A stretch of 64,000 nucleotides of DNA from Eukaryota sp. TZLM1-RC (Eukaryota > Protista > Metamonada: BaSk clade), in the NCBI GenBank assembly GCA_040285825.1, contig JAUPSS010000002.1, positions 3,100,001 to 3,164,000 on the forward strand. The letters run 5' to 3'. The position numbers were made by a program, and so were the translations under genes. How positions within the stretch are numbered: the stretch's first letter is position 1; each line of letters begins with the position of its first letter. Below the pieces are notes generated by a model. That model searched no databases and was not told the origin of the DNA. It worked only from the letters and a program-made list of their open reading frames with translations. Positions 25,892 to 38,783 of this stretch are shown piece after piece.

Positions 25892-26922
25892 CCAGTGATC
25901 ATCATCGGATCATTATCAGTGACATCAATAACTTCAACATTTAGACCCTCAACTTTAGAATCACTCTTTACATCAAAAACTACATCAACATTAGTAAAAT
26001 TAACGTCTGCATTGTTAATACCGACAAGAGCTTTTGATAAATGACAAAAAGTGAAGAATCAGCCAAAGTAATTTTTAAATTATCAACAGTAAATGAAGGA
26101 ATCAGTAACTGAGCAAATTACAGTGATGGTGGGGGTGGTGGGGGTGAGGGTGGAACAACATTGGTGGTGGACAACAGTTTCTCCAAGAACAACATGAAGA
26201 AAGATAAACACGATAAGCGATTGACGAAGCATTGGAAAAAATGACATTCTTGAATACAATTTTCAAGTTTCCATGAAATAATTATTAAATCAAATTGTTC
26301 AGTGTAATAAATACGACACTTTAAAGAAGCTACAATTGCAACTGATTGAAGAAAATTCAAAGGAATTGGCCCTTAAAAAACAGTTCAAATTCTCTGACTT
26401 TCGATCAGGAAAAGATGTAAGATTGATGAGACAATATGATTCAATTAACACTTTGTTTGTTGTCATCAGTTCTGAATTCTGTCCTTCATTACAAACACAT
26501 CAAACAAACACAGAATTTATGGGTGAACGATTACTTATTGCAATATAGAATATTGATTTGCGTATGCTCATTAAACAACATGTGTAGATGTTTCAATTTG
26601 GTTACTTCAGTACAACTTGAGTTATAACAACACAAAAGATAATAACATTGTATTCACATTTAACTAATGCATTTTGAAACTATTTTATTATCGTCTCCCT
26701 CATTCAATGTAAGGAAACCATTAATAAAATTGATCTTACAGCTGTGGTGTTTTTCACACAACAGGTAAAATAAAGGTAACTTCAAAATAATTCTCTTTGT
26801 GCTTTAAATATCATGATTTTGATAAAAAAAGGTATTTTTAATGCACTTTTACATTCATCATCAAAACAGAAAAGATAAATTAAATAATGAATATTGAATA
26901 TTAAATAAATAGCAAAAACTAA

Positions 26923-27537
26923 TCAATCCTCACGTGGTATCGTGACTTCACCAACCAAAGCAGACATTACCTTAGCAAACTGCAAAGGACACATGCTAAG
27001 CTTAACATCAACTTCGCCGCCTCCTATATAGACATGGCCAATTAAATCCTTGACAGATTTAGCCAGTATTATCGGAATATCATGATCTTTGTACATCAAC
27101 CCAAATGGTGACACGGCATTGTAACCACATCCAGTGAGTTCAAATGCTTCCTCGTCAGACATAAGACGGAGGTTAAAGGCCTTGACGGTGGATAGACCTT
27201 CATTTTCGGGAAAAGACTTGAGGAATTCGTGTAGCATTGCAGAATTCATACGTTCTGTATATTGTACCACAATGGCGTAATACTTGGAGTTGTGTGGATG
27301 TGAGCAGTCATCATAAATGCAGCGAGTGTTGACCATAAGTAAGGTTTTGCAGAGATGATCTATTGATGGTGCATTGAGATAGGATTGACGTTGCGAAAGC
27401 GGCCAGTCATAATAGTCACTAGGACAACGATGTAGCCTAGCAGTGGTAAGACCCTTGTGAAGTGCAAAGGAAAGAGTAGAAGCAGCGGGTTCTTCCAGAA
27501 GACTTTCTATATGTTGAATTCGTTGTTCCAAGTCCAT
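26923..27537 (-). CDS. YbaK/aminoacyl-tRNA deacylase-like domain protein
   Basis: LCKTLLMVN, ELTGCGYNAVSPFG, IGGGEVDVKL. ATG at 27537. Confidence 0.85.
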   Translation of the reverse strand: MDLEQRIQHIESLLEEPAASTLSFALHKGLTTARLHRCPSDYYDWPLSQRQSYLNAPSIDHLCKTLLMVNTRCIYDDCSHPHNSKYYAIVVQYTERMNSAMLHEFLKSFPENEGLSTVKAFNLRLMSDEEAFELTGCGYNAVSPFGLMYKDHDIPIILAKSVKDLIGHVYIGGGEVDVKLSMCPLQFAKVMSALVGEVTIPRED

Positions 27538-28239
27538 GCTAGGAATTAGAGTTGGCAAACTGGAATGAATTTCCACATTTTCCAATTTCAAGTGGAAATA
27601 AAAACAAAAACAAATATGAAAACATAAAAAACACAATTAAAATGGGCGGAATATTTTAAATGTGCGAAAAACTGAAGCTTTTCCAAACTTTGAAGTAGTT
27701 TTTACTAAAGGAAAAAAATAATAAAATAAAGGAAAAAATCCACCATTGAAGTTTTGTGTCTTCACCATTGCCATTTACTGCGATTGCTTTCATAATTATG
27801 TGGTTATTGTTGATATTGTCTCCTTTTATGTAAAAAATCACACATTTCAAAACAAACAAATTAAATGCTGAAAATGCAGTTGAAATCAAGCAAAAAACAA
27901 TGAAACAATGTAGTTGTGTAATTAAGACCTTGATGCTGGCATAAATATGCAACTTGTTTGAATACTCGTCCTGTATTAGTACAAATCCAAAGGTTATTAC
28001 ATACTGAACACACTTCACATGTCATTATTGTCAAATACAAATAAACTTTAATCCTCATTACGTTCAGTTCAACAATGATTTGCTGACTCTGCTCTAAACA
28101 ATAAGTACATTAAATTTGAAATTGATGTGCTCCATTTGAAGCAAACGTGTCAGAGTGCTAATCAGTGTCTTTTATTCCAGAAAAGCATCACCAAATCTGA
28201 CTCCTGGAGAAAGTGATTTGTTCAAGATAAGTTTTGCGG

Positions 28240-29429
28240 ATGTCCCAAAATTTTGATTCGATCTCCGACATTTGTTTGATGAGTACTCACTCTATTTCAG
28301 ACGACAACTCAAGTGTTAGGCAGAATTTGTTTACTCATCGTAGGATAGTGAATTGTTGAGTAACATCAATAAACCCTGTTCCACTTCCACAAGAGGGAGA
28401 GGGAGAGGTAATCGTTCCAGAAGCAGAGGACGGGGTAGAGGTTTTGGTCCACGTGGACGCGGAAGAGGCGCTGGTCGTGGCGGATTCAATACTCATCATG
28501 GCAAAACATCGAACAACATGCGGTCTGAGAGCCCCTTGCAAGTCTCTCACAATGATGTTTCTCTCTTCTGGAACGTTGCTTGTGAATGTGGAACGCCTTC
28601 AATCACAGTTTACTTCTCCAAAATCATTCTTTCCGATCCTCAAAACCCTCCTTACAGCCATGAATTAACATATCATTCCAACATACCCGATCTTCTTTGC
28701 TACGATACAACACTGCCTAATGGCTTCTACTTTGTCTATTTCTACCGGAATGGATGTTTCGTCATAAACCCAACATATCCTGTACATTTTGCACTCAGCC
28801 ACAACTTTGTTATTGTTGAACGTCCCCAGTATTTTAACCCAGTTGACCTTCTACCCCGGCCAACCGCAAACCGAGCCCTCCTTTTTCAGCTTGAATATTA
28901 CTTCTCTGATGACAATTTTGCTGTGGGAACAGCTATGCATACAGCTAGTTTGAAAACGGAGACTAAGCCTGATAGGTGGGTTCCGTTTGAATTTATTATT
29001 GAACAAAAGTTTTTTAATTCTCTGGCCCGAAAATACAATGTGAAATTATCTGCAGAATTTCTTCATGAATTAACCCAACAGAGTGAATCAATTCAAAGTG
29101 ACTTAAAGTATGGTATCAGAAGGAAAACGAACTATGTACCCAGTCGACAATCTCAAAATTCAAGGAAATTGGCCTTTTTCCCTCTCCAATCCACTGATGA
29201 GGTTCTAGATGTAGTTGATGAACTGCATTCCCTCAATATCGCTGTTTCTTCTTTCATTTCTTATTTTAAACGAGGTTGTAAGGCGATTCGGGCTGTTGTA
29301 TATTTAAAGGATCCTAAGGATGCGAGTGTGCTACTGGAAGGAAGTTTCTTAAGAGTTAATGGAAAAGAGCTTATCATACGTTATGACCATCATGTGCTCG
29401 ATTTTGGTAATGCCACGTCACCACGATGA
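28240..29429 (+). CDS. La-motif RNA-binding protein with RGG box, CBM48-like domain and RRM-like C-terminus; introns 28274-28300 and 28315-28343
   Basis: RGRG repeats; LPNGFYFVYFYRNG...INPTYP...NFVIV; LLFQLEYYFSDDNF...WVP (La motif). The 29-nt intron links ATG 28240 to the ORF, while the 27-nt intron is in frame and optional. Confidence 0.8.
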
Positions 29430-29926
29430 AGCCAAACGGAGAAGAATGACACAGGGTCTCAGCGTTCATATTTTTTTGTTTATTTGTTTTGGTTGAGATG
29501 TGTTGGCATAAATTCTTTCATTGTACAATTTTCTTTAAAATCTTCACCTTTTACAATGATTCAGAATTTTCAAAAGACATGCTTTCTGAAAATTCTCTTT
29601 GAATGTAGGGCATAAAAAAAGGGCAGATGAGGTAAATCTCAAACAAAGTTGAATCGCAAAGTAATTGAAAAGCTAAAATTCCCAATTCAAAAAAATTATT
29701 GATGTTGTTCCATTTGTTTTTCTTGAGTTTATTACTGTGGAGTATTTAACAAAACCAGCATTAAATAAAATTTGAATTGCAGAAAAAATTTGTAATTTCA
29801 AAGAACATCAACAAATCTACAAAGTCCATTTGTAATATCCAGGACGTAAACAACCAATTTTTTTACTGTTAGACAAACAATTGCTAAATAAGCTTCATCG
29901 AATGAATACTTGAAGTCCACAAATGT

Positions 29927-31201
29927 TTATTTTGCTTCCTCTAAACTATACAAAAGAATGTAAGCTATTGGTAAATCACCTCCTCCTGACAGCTCCTTCA
30001 CCTTCTCCTCGCTTATCAAGGCTACCTTGGCATCGTCATACCACACCCACTTTTCTTCACCTTCTTCTACAGTTTTGACATAAGACATATAATGCCCTCC
30101 TTCAGCTGAACGCCCTTTGTGTGCCACAACAGCAGTTAGCCTATACACCATTTTCTTATCTTGCAAAACGGATTTAAGACCTTCTGTGCAGTACTCATAT
30201 AGGTCAAGCGTCATCGGGAATGTAACCTTCTTCAGTATCTTGACACGCTGGGCAATATCTTCTCTCCATTCAAACCTCACAAAAGAAGTGAAAAGATATG
30301 GTGGCAGTGAATTCAACAGAGAAGAGCTCTTAAAGACTGCATTCCTTCCCAAAATTTGACTGTTCTTTTCTATATGGCCACTTAACATTTCTTCTAAACA
30401 TTGCTCCAAATAGTCACACTCAGAAGTAATGTTGACCTTTACACTCGTGACCACCTCCGCTGCTTTATCTTCCACTTCCTGGGCTTCAGTATTACTGAGC
30501 TTACGTGAGAGCTCAAGCCCAAACAGCTGCATGGCCAGGTTGTCGTTCATGGGAAGAGATGATGGAGCAGAGACTCTTGGTACGTTGGTGGTGGGAGGAA
30601 CGTTGCGAAGGAGTGATAGTAATGATTCTAAAGCTTCTTCTGCATCCTGCTGAGCAAAGAACCCATGCTCAGTTCGCTCATTGAACTGGGGAAAAGCGTT
30701 TCTGAAGAGAGTGACTAGTTGAGAGGGAGAAAAAGCAGAACCACTAGATTGAAGAGTTTGAAGGGTGGTGTTGAGCTGATTGAGGAGAGGCTGTCCAAGG
30801 GAAGACTGTAGTGCTGGAAGGAGGTGTGGGATACGGGCTAGAGCTTGGAGAACAGAAGAGAGATAGCAGGTGTTTCCAAGGTTGACGCACCCACGACCAG
30901 GGAGCTTGACGATGTGTGAGTCACCTTTTTGGATATCCTCCAGGAAAACGGGTTTCTCAACTGCAATCGGGGCCGAAATAGCTGAACCGATCAGAGTAAG
31001 AGGTTTGTTTGGAGGTAGAGTAAGTGCAGAGATAGGAAGTGAGTCGTCCTTGATCATTCCCTTTCCGATGAGTTTTTGGTTCTCCGGAGGGACATTAGTG
31101 AGGGAATAAATCTGTGCACGGAGCGTAGAGACGAGATCGTCAGGATTAACTTCGAGGGTATACAGCTCTCGGCCGTGCTTGATAGATATGGATTGAGACA
31201 T
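29927..31201 (-). CDS. UBP6: Ubiquitin C-terminal hydrolase UBP6/USP14 (UBL plus USP)
   Basis: UBL with NVPPENQKL, Cys box GCVNLGNTCY, QQDAEE, His box HKGRSAEGGHY, LSGGGD. Confidence 0.95.
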   Translation of the reverse strand: MSQSISIKHGRELYTLEVNPDDLVSTLRAQIYSLTNVPPENQKLIGKGMIKDDSLPISALTLPPNKPLTLIGSAISAPIAVEKPVFLEDIQKGDSHIVKLPGRGCVNLGNTCYLSSVLQALARIPHLLPALQSSLGQPLLNQLNTTLQTLQSSGSAFSPSQLVTLFRNAFPQFNERTEHGFFAQQDAEEALESLLSLLRNVPPTTNVPRVSAPSSLPMNDNLAMQLFGLELSRKLSNTEAQEVEDKAAEVVTSVKVNITSECDYLEQCLEEMLSGHIEKNSQILGRNAVFKSSSLLNSLPPYLFTSFVRFEWREDIAQRVKILKKVTFPMTLDLYEYCTEGLKSVLQDKKMVYRLTAVVAHKGRSAEGGHYMSYVKTVEEGEEKWVWYDDAKVALISEEKVKELSGGGDLPIAYILLYSLEEAK

Positions 31202-31699
31202 AAAGAGATAAGTGGTATCTAGACAAAATAAATCATGATTCAGTAGTCTTGAATCAAGACTTTGAATAATTTCTAGTGATCATTCGAATGATTTTGGGGG
31301 GCACTCGGATTGGTTGCTAGGCTGACCTTTCAATCTATTGAATGTTCCCTTCATATTCTTTCTCAATAGATAATTTCACTGGGTCCTAAATACAGGCTTA
31401 GATGCTTCAAAACATACCTGAGCGTGACAACTACCTCTATTTGTCATGACATGTCATGAAACTAAATCTTTACAAGTTATTATCTGTAAATTTATATTGT
31501 TTTCTATTTGTTTGAAAATCAATTAGATATTGTCCTATTACCAGTTCTCTACTCAAGACAATCCCTCAGGAGGTGGTGCCTTCAGGCCTATAGTACTTGT
31601 CTACATGAGAGGAATTGCTGTTGCAATGGTTTACTGTGGGCACATATTGCATCGTTACCACTTTAATAAGACTCCTGAAGTTGCGGATGATTTAGCATG

Positions 31700-32885
31700 T
31701 TTTTTCAACAATTGGTCTCTTTAAAAGTCGTTCCTCCACCTGAGCTTACTGCTGCACGTCTCATTGCTGTAATAAAACCTGATAGTGAAACTAAACCTTC
31801 AGGAATTCGTCCCATTGCAGTAGGAGAAATTTGATTTCTGAATTTCCTAATTGTTTCCCTAAAAATATTCATTTGCTTAGTCCATCATTTTCAAAATATT
31901 TGTATGACCTTGATGTTGCTATTAATAAAATTGCACTAGGAATTTGGTGTCAATGTTTTCCCAACTCAGTTCAAGAGATTCCTCCACGAAATTTAGTTAA
32001 TTTAAGGTATTGTGTGAAGAAGCTTCAACAGAAACCGACAGTAATATATGAAGGCTTGGATTATGAAGTACGTCTTGGCATAACCAAACAAAAACAATCC
32101 CGCTTTTGCAAATTTTTTACTAGATGTTTGTGCTAGTTCTGCGTTTTGTTTAATTAATCAAGTACCAAGATTTTATGGTTTGTTCCTAGATGACCCCTGC
32201 TTTTCATTATCTATGCATCTTCAATCTTATATTTGGCCTGATAATCTTTGTCATGGTTTAATTTGTAAATGTGGAAAGTCTGTCACTCCAACTCATTTAT
32301 TAATTGTAATCATTCTTCTACTTTTAGATCAAAAGTGCATGATTCTAGTCCGTGATCAGCTTGATTGCATGTTTAAGTCTCACAAGATCGAATCCTTTTT
32401 AGAACCTTTGCTTTCCATTTTGGCTGATAAATCTGACAGAATTGCTTTTGGTGATAGCCGCGGTGATGTGTTAGTTCCCGGTCTTGATGGTTCAATGATC
32501 ATTATTGACGTCAGATCTGATGATGTATCAAACAGCTTAAAATGAAAAACTAGCACAGTCTTATAATTCACCTATACGTTAGCTGAAGAAGCTAAAATTA
32601 TTCAATATACTGAAAAAAACATTAATCTGAATTCCAACTCACATACTCAATACCTTCTTTGTCATTTTGCTTTTTCTTTAACTGGAACCTGGGGTTCAAC
32701 TGCGTTATCTTTTATAGACGTTTTTACATCTATTGTCAAAAATAGAACTGGAAGAATATTTGACCGAACCTTTTGGCAAAATAGAATTGTATTTTCTATT
32801 TTTGAAGGAATGCATAGCCTTGTTTCTAGCTCGTTGTTATCACTAGAAACATTTTGTGAAGAAAATGCTGTAGGTATTAACAATA
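31700..32885 (+). mobile_element. Decayed RLE-type (CRE/R2-like) non-LTR retrotransposon
   Basis: RPIAVGE (RT), CKCG...THL zinc knuckle, LEP, RGDV, IIDV endonuclease motifs, FWQNRIVFSI terminus. Internally deleted. Confidence 0.8.
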
Positions 32886-35463
32886 AACTCTATTGAGCAG
32901 GGATTTTACTGTAGAGCCCTAAGAGATCTGTTGATTGGTTTTTTTGGGCTTATGAGAAGCAATTGAGAGAGACATAGTAGAAGAGTGGTAGGAATGTGGT
33001 TTTTAGAATTGTAAAGTTTAGTTTAGTTTTTTATCAGTATGTCGCATATTCAACATTTTATGATGTAAATGCTATAAAATGAATATACAATTACGCCTTA
33101 TTCAGTAGTTTACTTTTTGTAGGCAGTACTTACCCTAATCAAAGCCAGTGTCCAAGTACAAATCAGAGTCAAATACAATTAATGTAATTCTGTGGCTTGT
33201 ATTTCGATTTCAAAACCATTAAAAAAATTAAGACGTCACCAATTTGACTTTCAACTACTGAGTGTTGATAGATTTTGTCTATTGCAGACTTATTTCCACT
33301 TGAAGGTTGACCAAAACTATTTGATTACAGCTCTGGGTGGACTCGCTTTTTAAATGTGTTTAATCCGTCATAATCTTTTGATAAATGAAATGTTACTATT
33401 GTCAACTATTTTTGTGCTGATACTTTCAAAGGGATTGTTCAACCCCAAAATTTTTTGACACCCCAAGAGTCTGATGTTTGGTATTGTTTTATGTATACGT
33501 TCTATAAGTGATGTTGAGTTACAGCAAAGATTCACATAAAGCAATGAGATAATTCGGAGTGAACATCATAATGAACTAGAACATGAAGTAAGAGGTTAGC
33601 AAAATTGTTGAATTTTGGATCAAGCTTCCACTTAGCTCTATTATGTATTATCAGGACGTGAGAAGCACTTTTAAAACTCAACAAACTTCAATATTGTAAT
33701 GTATGAGAATTTTGTTATTTTAATATTGTTATTTCCGGAATTTGATAACTTGAACAACTGTATAAAAATGTGGTACAATAAAGCTGGTTCAGAATGAACA
33801 CTGGAGACAAAAGTTTAGTTCCCTAAGTTCAGATATTTCTTTCGACAAATTTTACATCGATATAGTTTACCACCGGTAAGTAATTCAATCAAGGCAAAAT
33901 TGTAGCAAAGTGAATGCTTCTAAGAGAAAATCAATCAACAAGGACAACCAATGATGATCAGCGTTGAAATTTTCTGAGTTTAATATGACAAGTGTGATTT
34001 GCACTGCATCATTGTAGCTATTTTTCTTTGAGGTCCCTCGTATAAATTCTTGAAAATCATTTTCTTGCGAATTAGGGTATTTGTCGATCATTTTTTTCAT
34101 TGTCCCCATAAAAATCTAGGTTGTTTCGGCTTGGGAGATAGTTCCCCAAATAAAGAAATAAATGGTAAATTGGCAAAAAATGAAAACCCATTACAAAATG
34201 CATTATTTGTCATGACGTCATGACGTTATCTTGAACTATGATTAAAATCAAATACAAAACTTTCAAGTAGAATTTATTAGAGATGATGATGTCTGTTCAT
34301 CTTTGTAATGCATCAAATCAAAGGCTCGCTAATTCTGAAATTCTACGTCTGAGATATCCTCTTTTACCATCACGTCCACGGATGAACATCTTTGTTGTAT
34401 CTGAGAAATTTGGTGTTGAGAAAAAAGCAAAATTTTTGGTGCGGTAATTTTTGATATTGCTTCCACAAAAATTTGGAAAATTCTGGATTAGTCACAGTGT
34501 ATGGTCACAACTTGTAATGAGTGAGATAACACAACTATTGAAGACCCAAATGTTGTGTATCATTCCAGAGTTTAAAGACAATCTCAAGATACAACAAACT
34601 TGTACAACAACATTTGCTCTTCACTGACTTCGATTTCTGCTGGGAAAGCACTGCTGAAAACAATGGTTATGGTTACTGAAAATTTTCGGTTCTCCATTTG
34701 TTCAAAATTTCCGAATAGTATTATTTTGGTTAGTTATGCGGCTTCAAAGAAAAATCAACTTTAAGCTATTTGTGTTTTTTGACGCTATTATTTTGTTAAC
34801 TTTTGTGGTTACTAATCATTGAACTGTGTCGTTTTGATCAACTGTAAAACTCAATTTAGTGACTTGATTCTATCAGCTTGCTTCTATGACTTTTTCATGA
34901 CTTTTTTCGGTTTTTCTTCGTCGAAATAGGCTGAATATCGGGACAGCAGAGTTTCAGTAATTTTCAAGAATGAGGTGATTTGTTATTTTGTGTACAATTG
35001 GACTATACAGAGGTAAAAATAAATTGAATAAATTGCTGATATAAATTGAATAAGCAACTGATGAATTAAATTGAACTGTTATAATTATTCTTTTATAGCG
35101 ACCAATACAGCTGATGTTGGGTTATTTTCTGTTATCAACCAGTTGTTCTACCATTGAAAATTGAATGAACTCTGTTCAAATGTGATCGAAAGTTGTTTAA
35201 AAACTCATTCGAAATGGGCATAAAAGGGGCGAATTGTTCAACTTATTTACAAAAATGACAGATACATTTAACAGGTGAAAACAAAATTGTCAAATCATTT
35301 TCAAATCTTTTCCTTTACCAACATGATCAACAATAGAATGGCAATTGTTAAAGAACGATCAAATGCACAGAAGAAATGGTGAAAGAAAGAAATCGATTGA
35401 CCACAAAATATGAAGGCTGATCATCATTGGTAGTTTTGTTGTTGCTGATACACAAGGTTAGTA

Positions 35464-36555
35464 CACTGTTGGCAGTAATTAGTCTCACTGCCAAATTAGT
35501 CTCACTGCAAAATTAGTCTGAGTGAGACTAATATTGTCCAATGACCATTCAAAATCGTCTTTGTGAGACTAATTTTGTCCTGAGTTTCATAAACATTTTT
35601 CCAGTACTTTTTTCAAAAACTTATAAAATTTTGTACCAATCATTTTTTATTCATTTTTTCTCTTACTAATGAACGGTCTTTTCTCGGGTTCTCCTCTCGT
35701 ACAATCTTTTGCACGGGCTCAACGCTCTAGCACGGCTCACACTACACCTTCTGCGGAAGTAGATACCTCCACTCCTATCGTCTTACCACTTCCTGAAATA
35801 CAACACCATGATGAAACCGCTGTGTTGTCTCCCACTGCAGGAACTAAAAGACGAATTCAACAAGTTTCCACCAAACAAACTCGTAAAGTGGTTCTTGAGT
35901 GGATGGAAAGATGGGTACAAGAACAAAACACCGAAAAGGGGTTGAAAGCTGCCACTGTCAAACAGTTTCCCGAGCACTTCAGATCGTCTTCAAACGCCAG
36001 CATCCAAAAGGCATCAGACTGGTGGAAAAACCGCCATCAGTTTTATAGGAGGTTGGAAAAGGACAAATTGTTTCTAGAACGTGTACAAAACAGTACAGTG
36101 AAGAAAATTCTTTTAAAAGCCAGGAGCGGAAGAGGTAGAAAGAGAGCTGAATGGGTAGAATGGGTACACAAAGAACTGCTGGAGGAGTTTCGGTTGTTAT
36201 GAAGATATCTGGAAAGATGTGAGTGACGACGATGATTTCACTGAAGTACAGGGATTCGACGATAATTCAGAGGAGGAAATTCAAGTAACCGAAGATTTCA
36301 TAACACAACAGGAGATTACTAAGCTGAAGGATGAAGAAGAGGATGAATGTTATATTTTAGAATAGATTGAGTGTTTTTTATTGATGAAGATGTTGTTTGT
36401 CTGGTGGTCAAAGGAAATAAGGTCGAGACAAAATTAGTCTCAGTACAGAATTAGTCTCACTGCAAAATTAGTCTGAGTGAGACTAATATTGTCCGGAAAG
36501 CACAAACAATTCAGTACAAAATTAGTCTGAGTGAGACTAATTACTGCCAACAGTG
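35464..36555 (+). mobile_element. Internally deleted pogo/Tc1-mariner-type DNA transposon (1092 bp)
   Basis: 26-bp TIRs CACTGTTGGCAGTAATTAGTCTCACT, TA flanks, several subterminal AATTAGTCTCA repeats. Confidence 0.9.
35669..36202 (+). pseudogene. Truncated transposase N-terminal (DNA-binding) ORF
   Basis: 177-aa ORF inside the TIR element ending GRGRKRAEWVEWVHKELLEEF, followed by an out-of-frame acidic C-terminal tail. No DDE domain. Confidence 0.65.
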
Positions 36556-36639
36556 TAGATATCTTAGGTTTTTACGAGATGACGTGCTACTCGTTTTAAA
36601 ACAACTATATCAATACCACTCAATTTTCTATCTTTACTT

Positions 36640-37350
36640 CTTCGGTATTCCTGTCTGCCGACATGAATAATTATTGGTCCTCATTGCAGGTGTTTTCTAC
36701 ACGGGTGGTACTCCTATCACTGGCTCCTATGATGTGAAGTGGATATTGTGCTCTTGTTTCTTCAACAATGGAAAAGGTACTCTGTTGTTACACTGAAGGA
36801 GAAACTTTTACCAGCATGGATCCTTGTTAACCCTGTTTTGTTGGAATCATTGGTTCTTACAGGTCATTGGATTCATTCATCCAATGAGGTGTTCCTGTTT
36901 AAAATGCTCCATTTCGTTTTCCTCGTAAAAGAAAAACAACTTGGTGATGGGTGAGGTGATGGTTGATCGCCGTAAGAGCGACGTTCGTGAACGTATGTCC
37001 TTTAATTTGAGTGGTTTTCTTCAGGCAAAACACAGGGCTTCCGGACTGAAACTGCCTGACTAAGCCTTTATGCTTTGCTTCGCGAAAAGTATTCTTTCAG
37101 TAGGATTGCAAAAATCTCTGATTATTCGCATTCAGGGCGAGCTATTTCGAGTTTTTCCTTCCTCGCTCAGTCTCTTGAAACAGATCTTCAAAAACTGTTT
37201 CTGAAAATACATAATTTGTGTGTCAAACTGGTATGAAGTCTTTGTTCATCCAAAAGATCTCGCAATCTGACTGATTGAACATGTGTCAATTGTCATCAAA
37301 CAGGGCATGTGGCTTGCGATTGTCCCTCAAAAGAAAGAAGTGCATCATAA
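36640..37350 (+). pseudogene. Decayed gag-like ORF ending in a CCHC zinc knuckle
   Basis: CVNCHQTGHVACDC (CX2CX4HX4C) at 37282-37323. Upstream frame is broken. Confidence 0.5.
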
Positions 37351-38172
37351 TAGCAATAACACGCCACCGTTATCTGAAAATTTCAACGTTAATCATCCAT
37401 GGTTGTTCATGTTTCATAATTTAACACGTAAAATCATTTAGTTTGCAATTATTCTTTTCCTTGAATATATTTTTTTACTGGTGATAACCTTTGTCATAAA
37501 AAATTTGTCGAAAAATCCCTGATGGATCTAAACTATTGTCTCTGTGCCGGTTATGTTAATTTAGACCCACTATGTTGTATCACATTTTATGCAATCGTCC
37601 AAGTTATGAAATTGCTGAACAACACAATATACCTAAATGGAGACCTAACTCAATGTAAAATAGGTTTGCTAAACTTTAACTTCCTTTCCTAGTGTACTGT
37701 GGTGTTAACTACGATTTTCCTTATTACAATATGTAAATTTTCACAAACAACACAGTTAAAAAATGGAGTATCACAGTTCTGACTGGTAAGTTATCATCAT
37801 CATTATTTAAACGTTATTTAAACTTACCTGAACCACGAATTTTGATTTTCCTATTTAGAACCAAATTTCACAAGGTCTATTGATTACTGACAACATGAAT
37901 AGCAAATTGAGCATCTACTCAAACATCTCTAGTCAATTCAAAGAAAAAAGAACAGTTTGGTGTAGATTTTCCAAAATAGGAAGCAGAGATGTTTAAATGG
38001 AATAACATTTATATCAAAGTTTTCCATCGTTTAATGAACTGAAGTTTAAAACTTGTTTTAAAATTGAACTGAAATATGTGGTCTGAGAAGACGAAAAATT
38101 TTCATCACAATTGCAAAAATTTTGAGTACCAGAATTTTGCTCAAATTCAAACACACTTAGCAACAACTATTC

Positions 38173-38783
38173 ATGATTGACCACGGCTACACCGCCCTTC
38201 AGCCAACAAAGTATCTATGATCTGCCAACAACCTAATTATAGAAAGAAACACAATCCTTTGATTGCTGTAGGGATCGTTTGCATAACCATACTGTTCCTT
38301 TGTCTCATTCTGATTCTATCTTATTTTATTATTGTTTCATCATCAGATTCAGACAATCAGAAGATTCGTAGATTTTACGGCCGAGACTTCTTCCTGGGCC
38401 ATGAATTCATGGTAGATATTGATGCCCGTGATATTTGGATCTCAAACCACTTTGACGGTGATACTCACCTTTGTACAGATTCTAAGAAATGTCGCAATGG
38501 TATTCCTACATCATCATGTTCCTCTATGACTCAAACAGTTTTAGATGCACTCACAATTCACCCTAATGCTCAAAAAGGTGCTACCGTTTCTATCATCAAG
38601 TCCATCAATTTGAACATTTACAGGGTAATTTGTACCCAATACACTTATGGTTCAACTGAATGGTGCTTGACTGATGACGATCGTCTTGCTGTTGTTACCA
38701 TTGACTTCAACGGTGAAGAAATGACATTCCACATAACCGGTCATAGGGAAGTTACATCTGATGAAATTGCAGACCAGTGTTGA
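38173..38783 (+). CDS. Type II membrane protein, single-repeat relative of 15716-17683; intron 38211-38242
   Basis: Splicing a 32-nt GT-AG intron gives MIDHGYTALQPTKKKHNP, then a TM, then CTQYTYGSTEWCLTDD...FHITGHREV. Confidence 0.75.

Noticed and set aside
34280-34700. Possible Helitron N-terminal remnant (FKDN...YNNIFA...TS)
   Set aside because: Too fragmentary; no Rep or helicase motifs seen.
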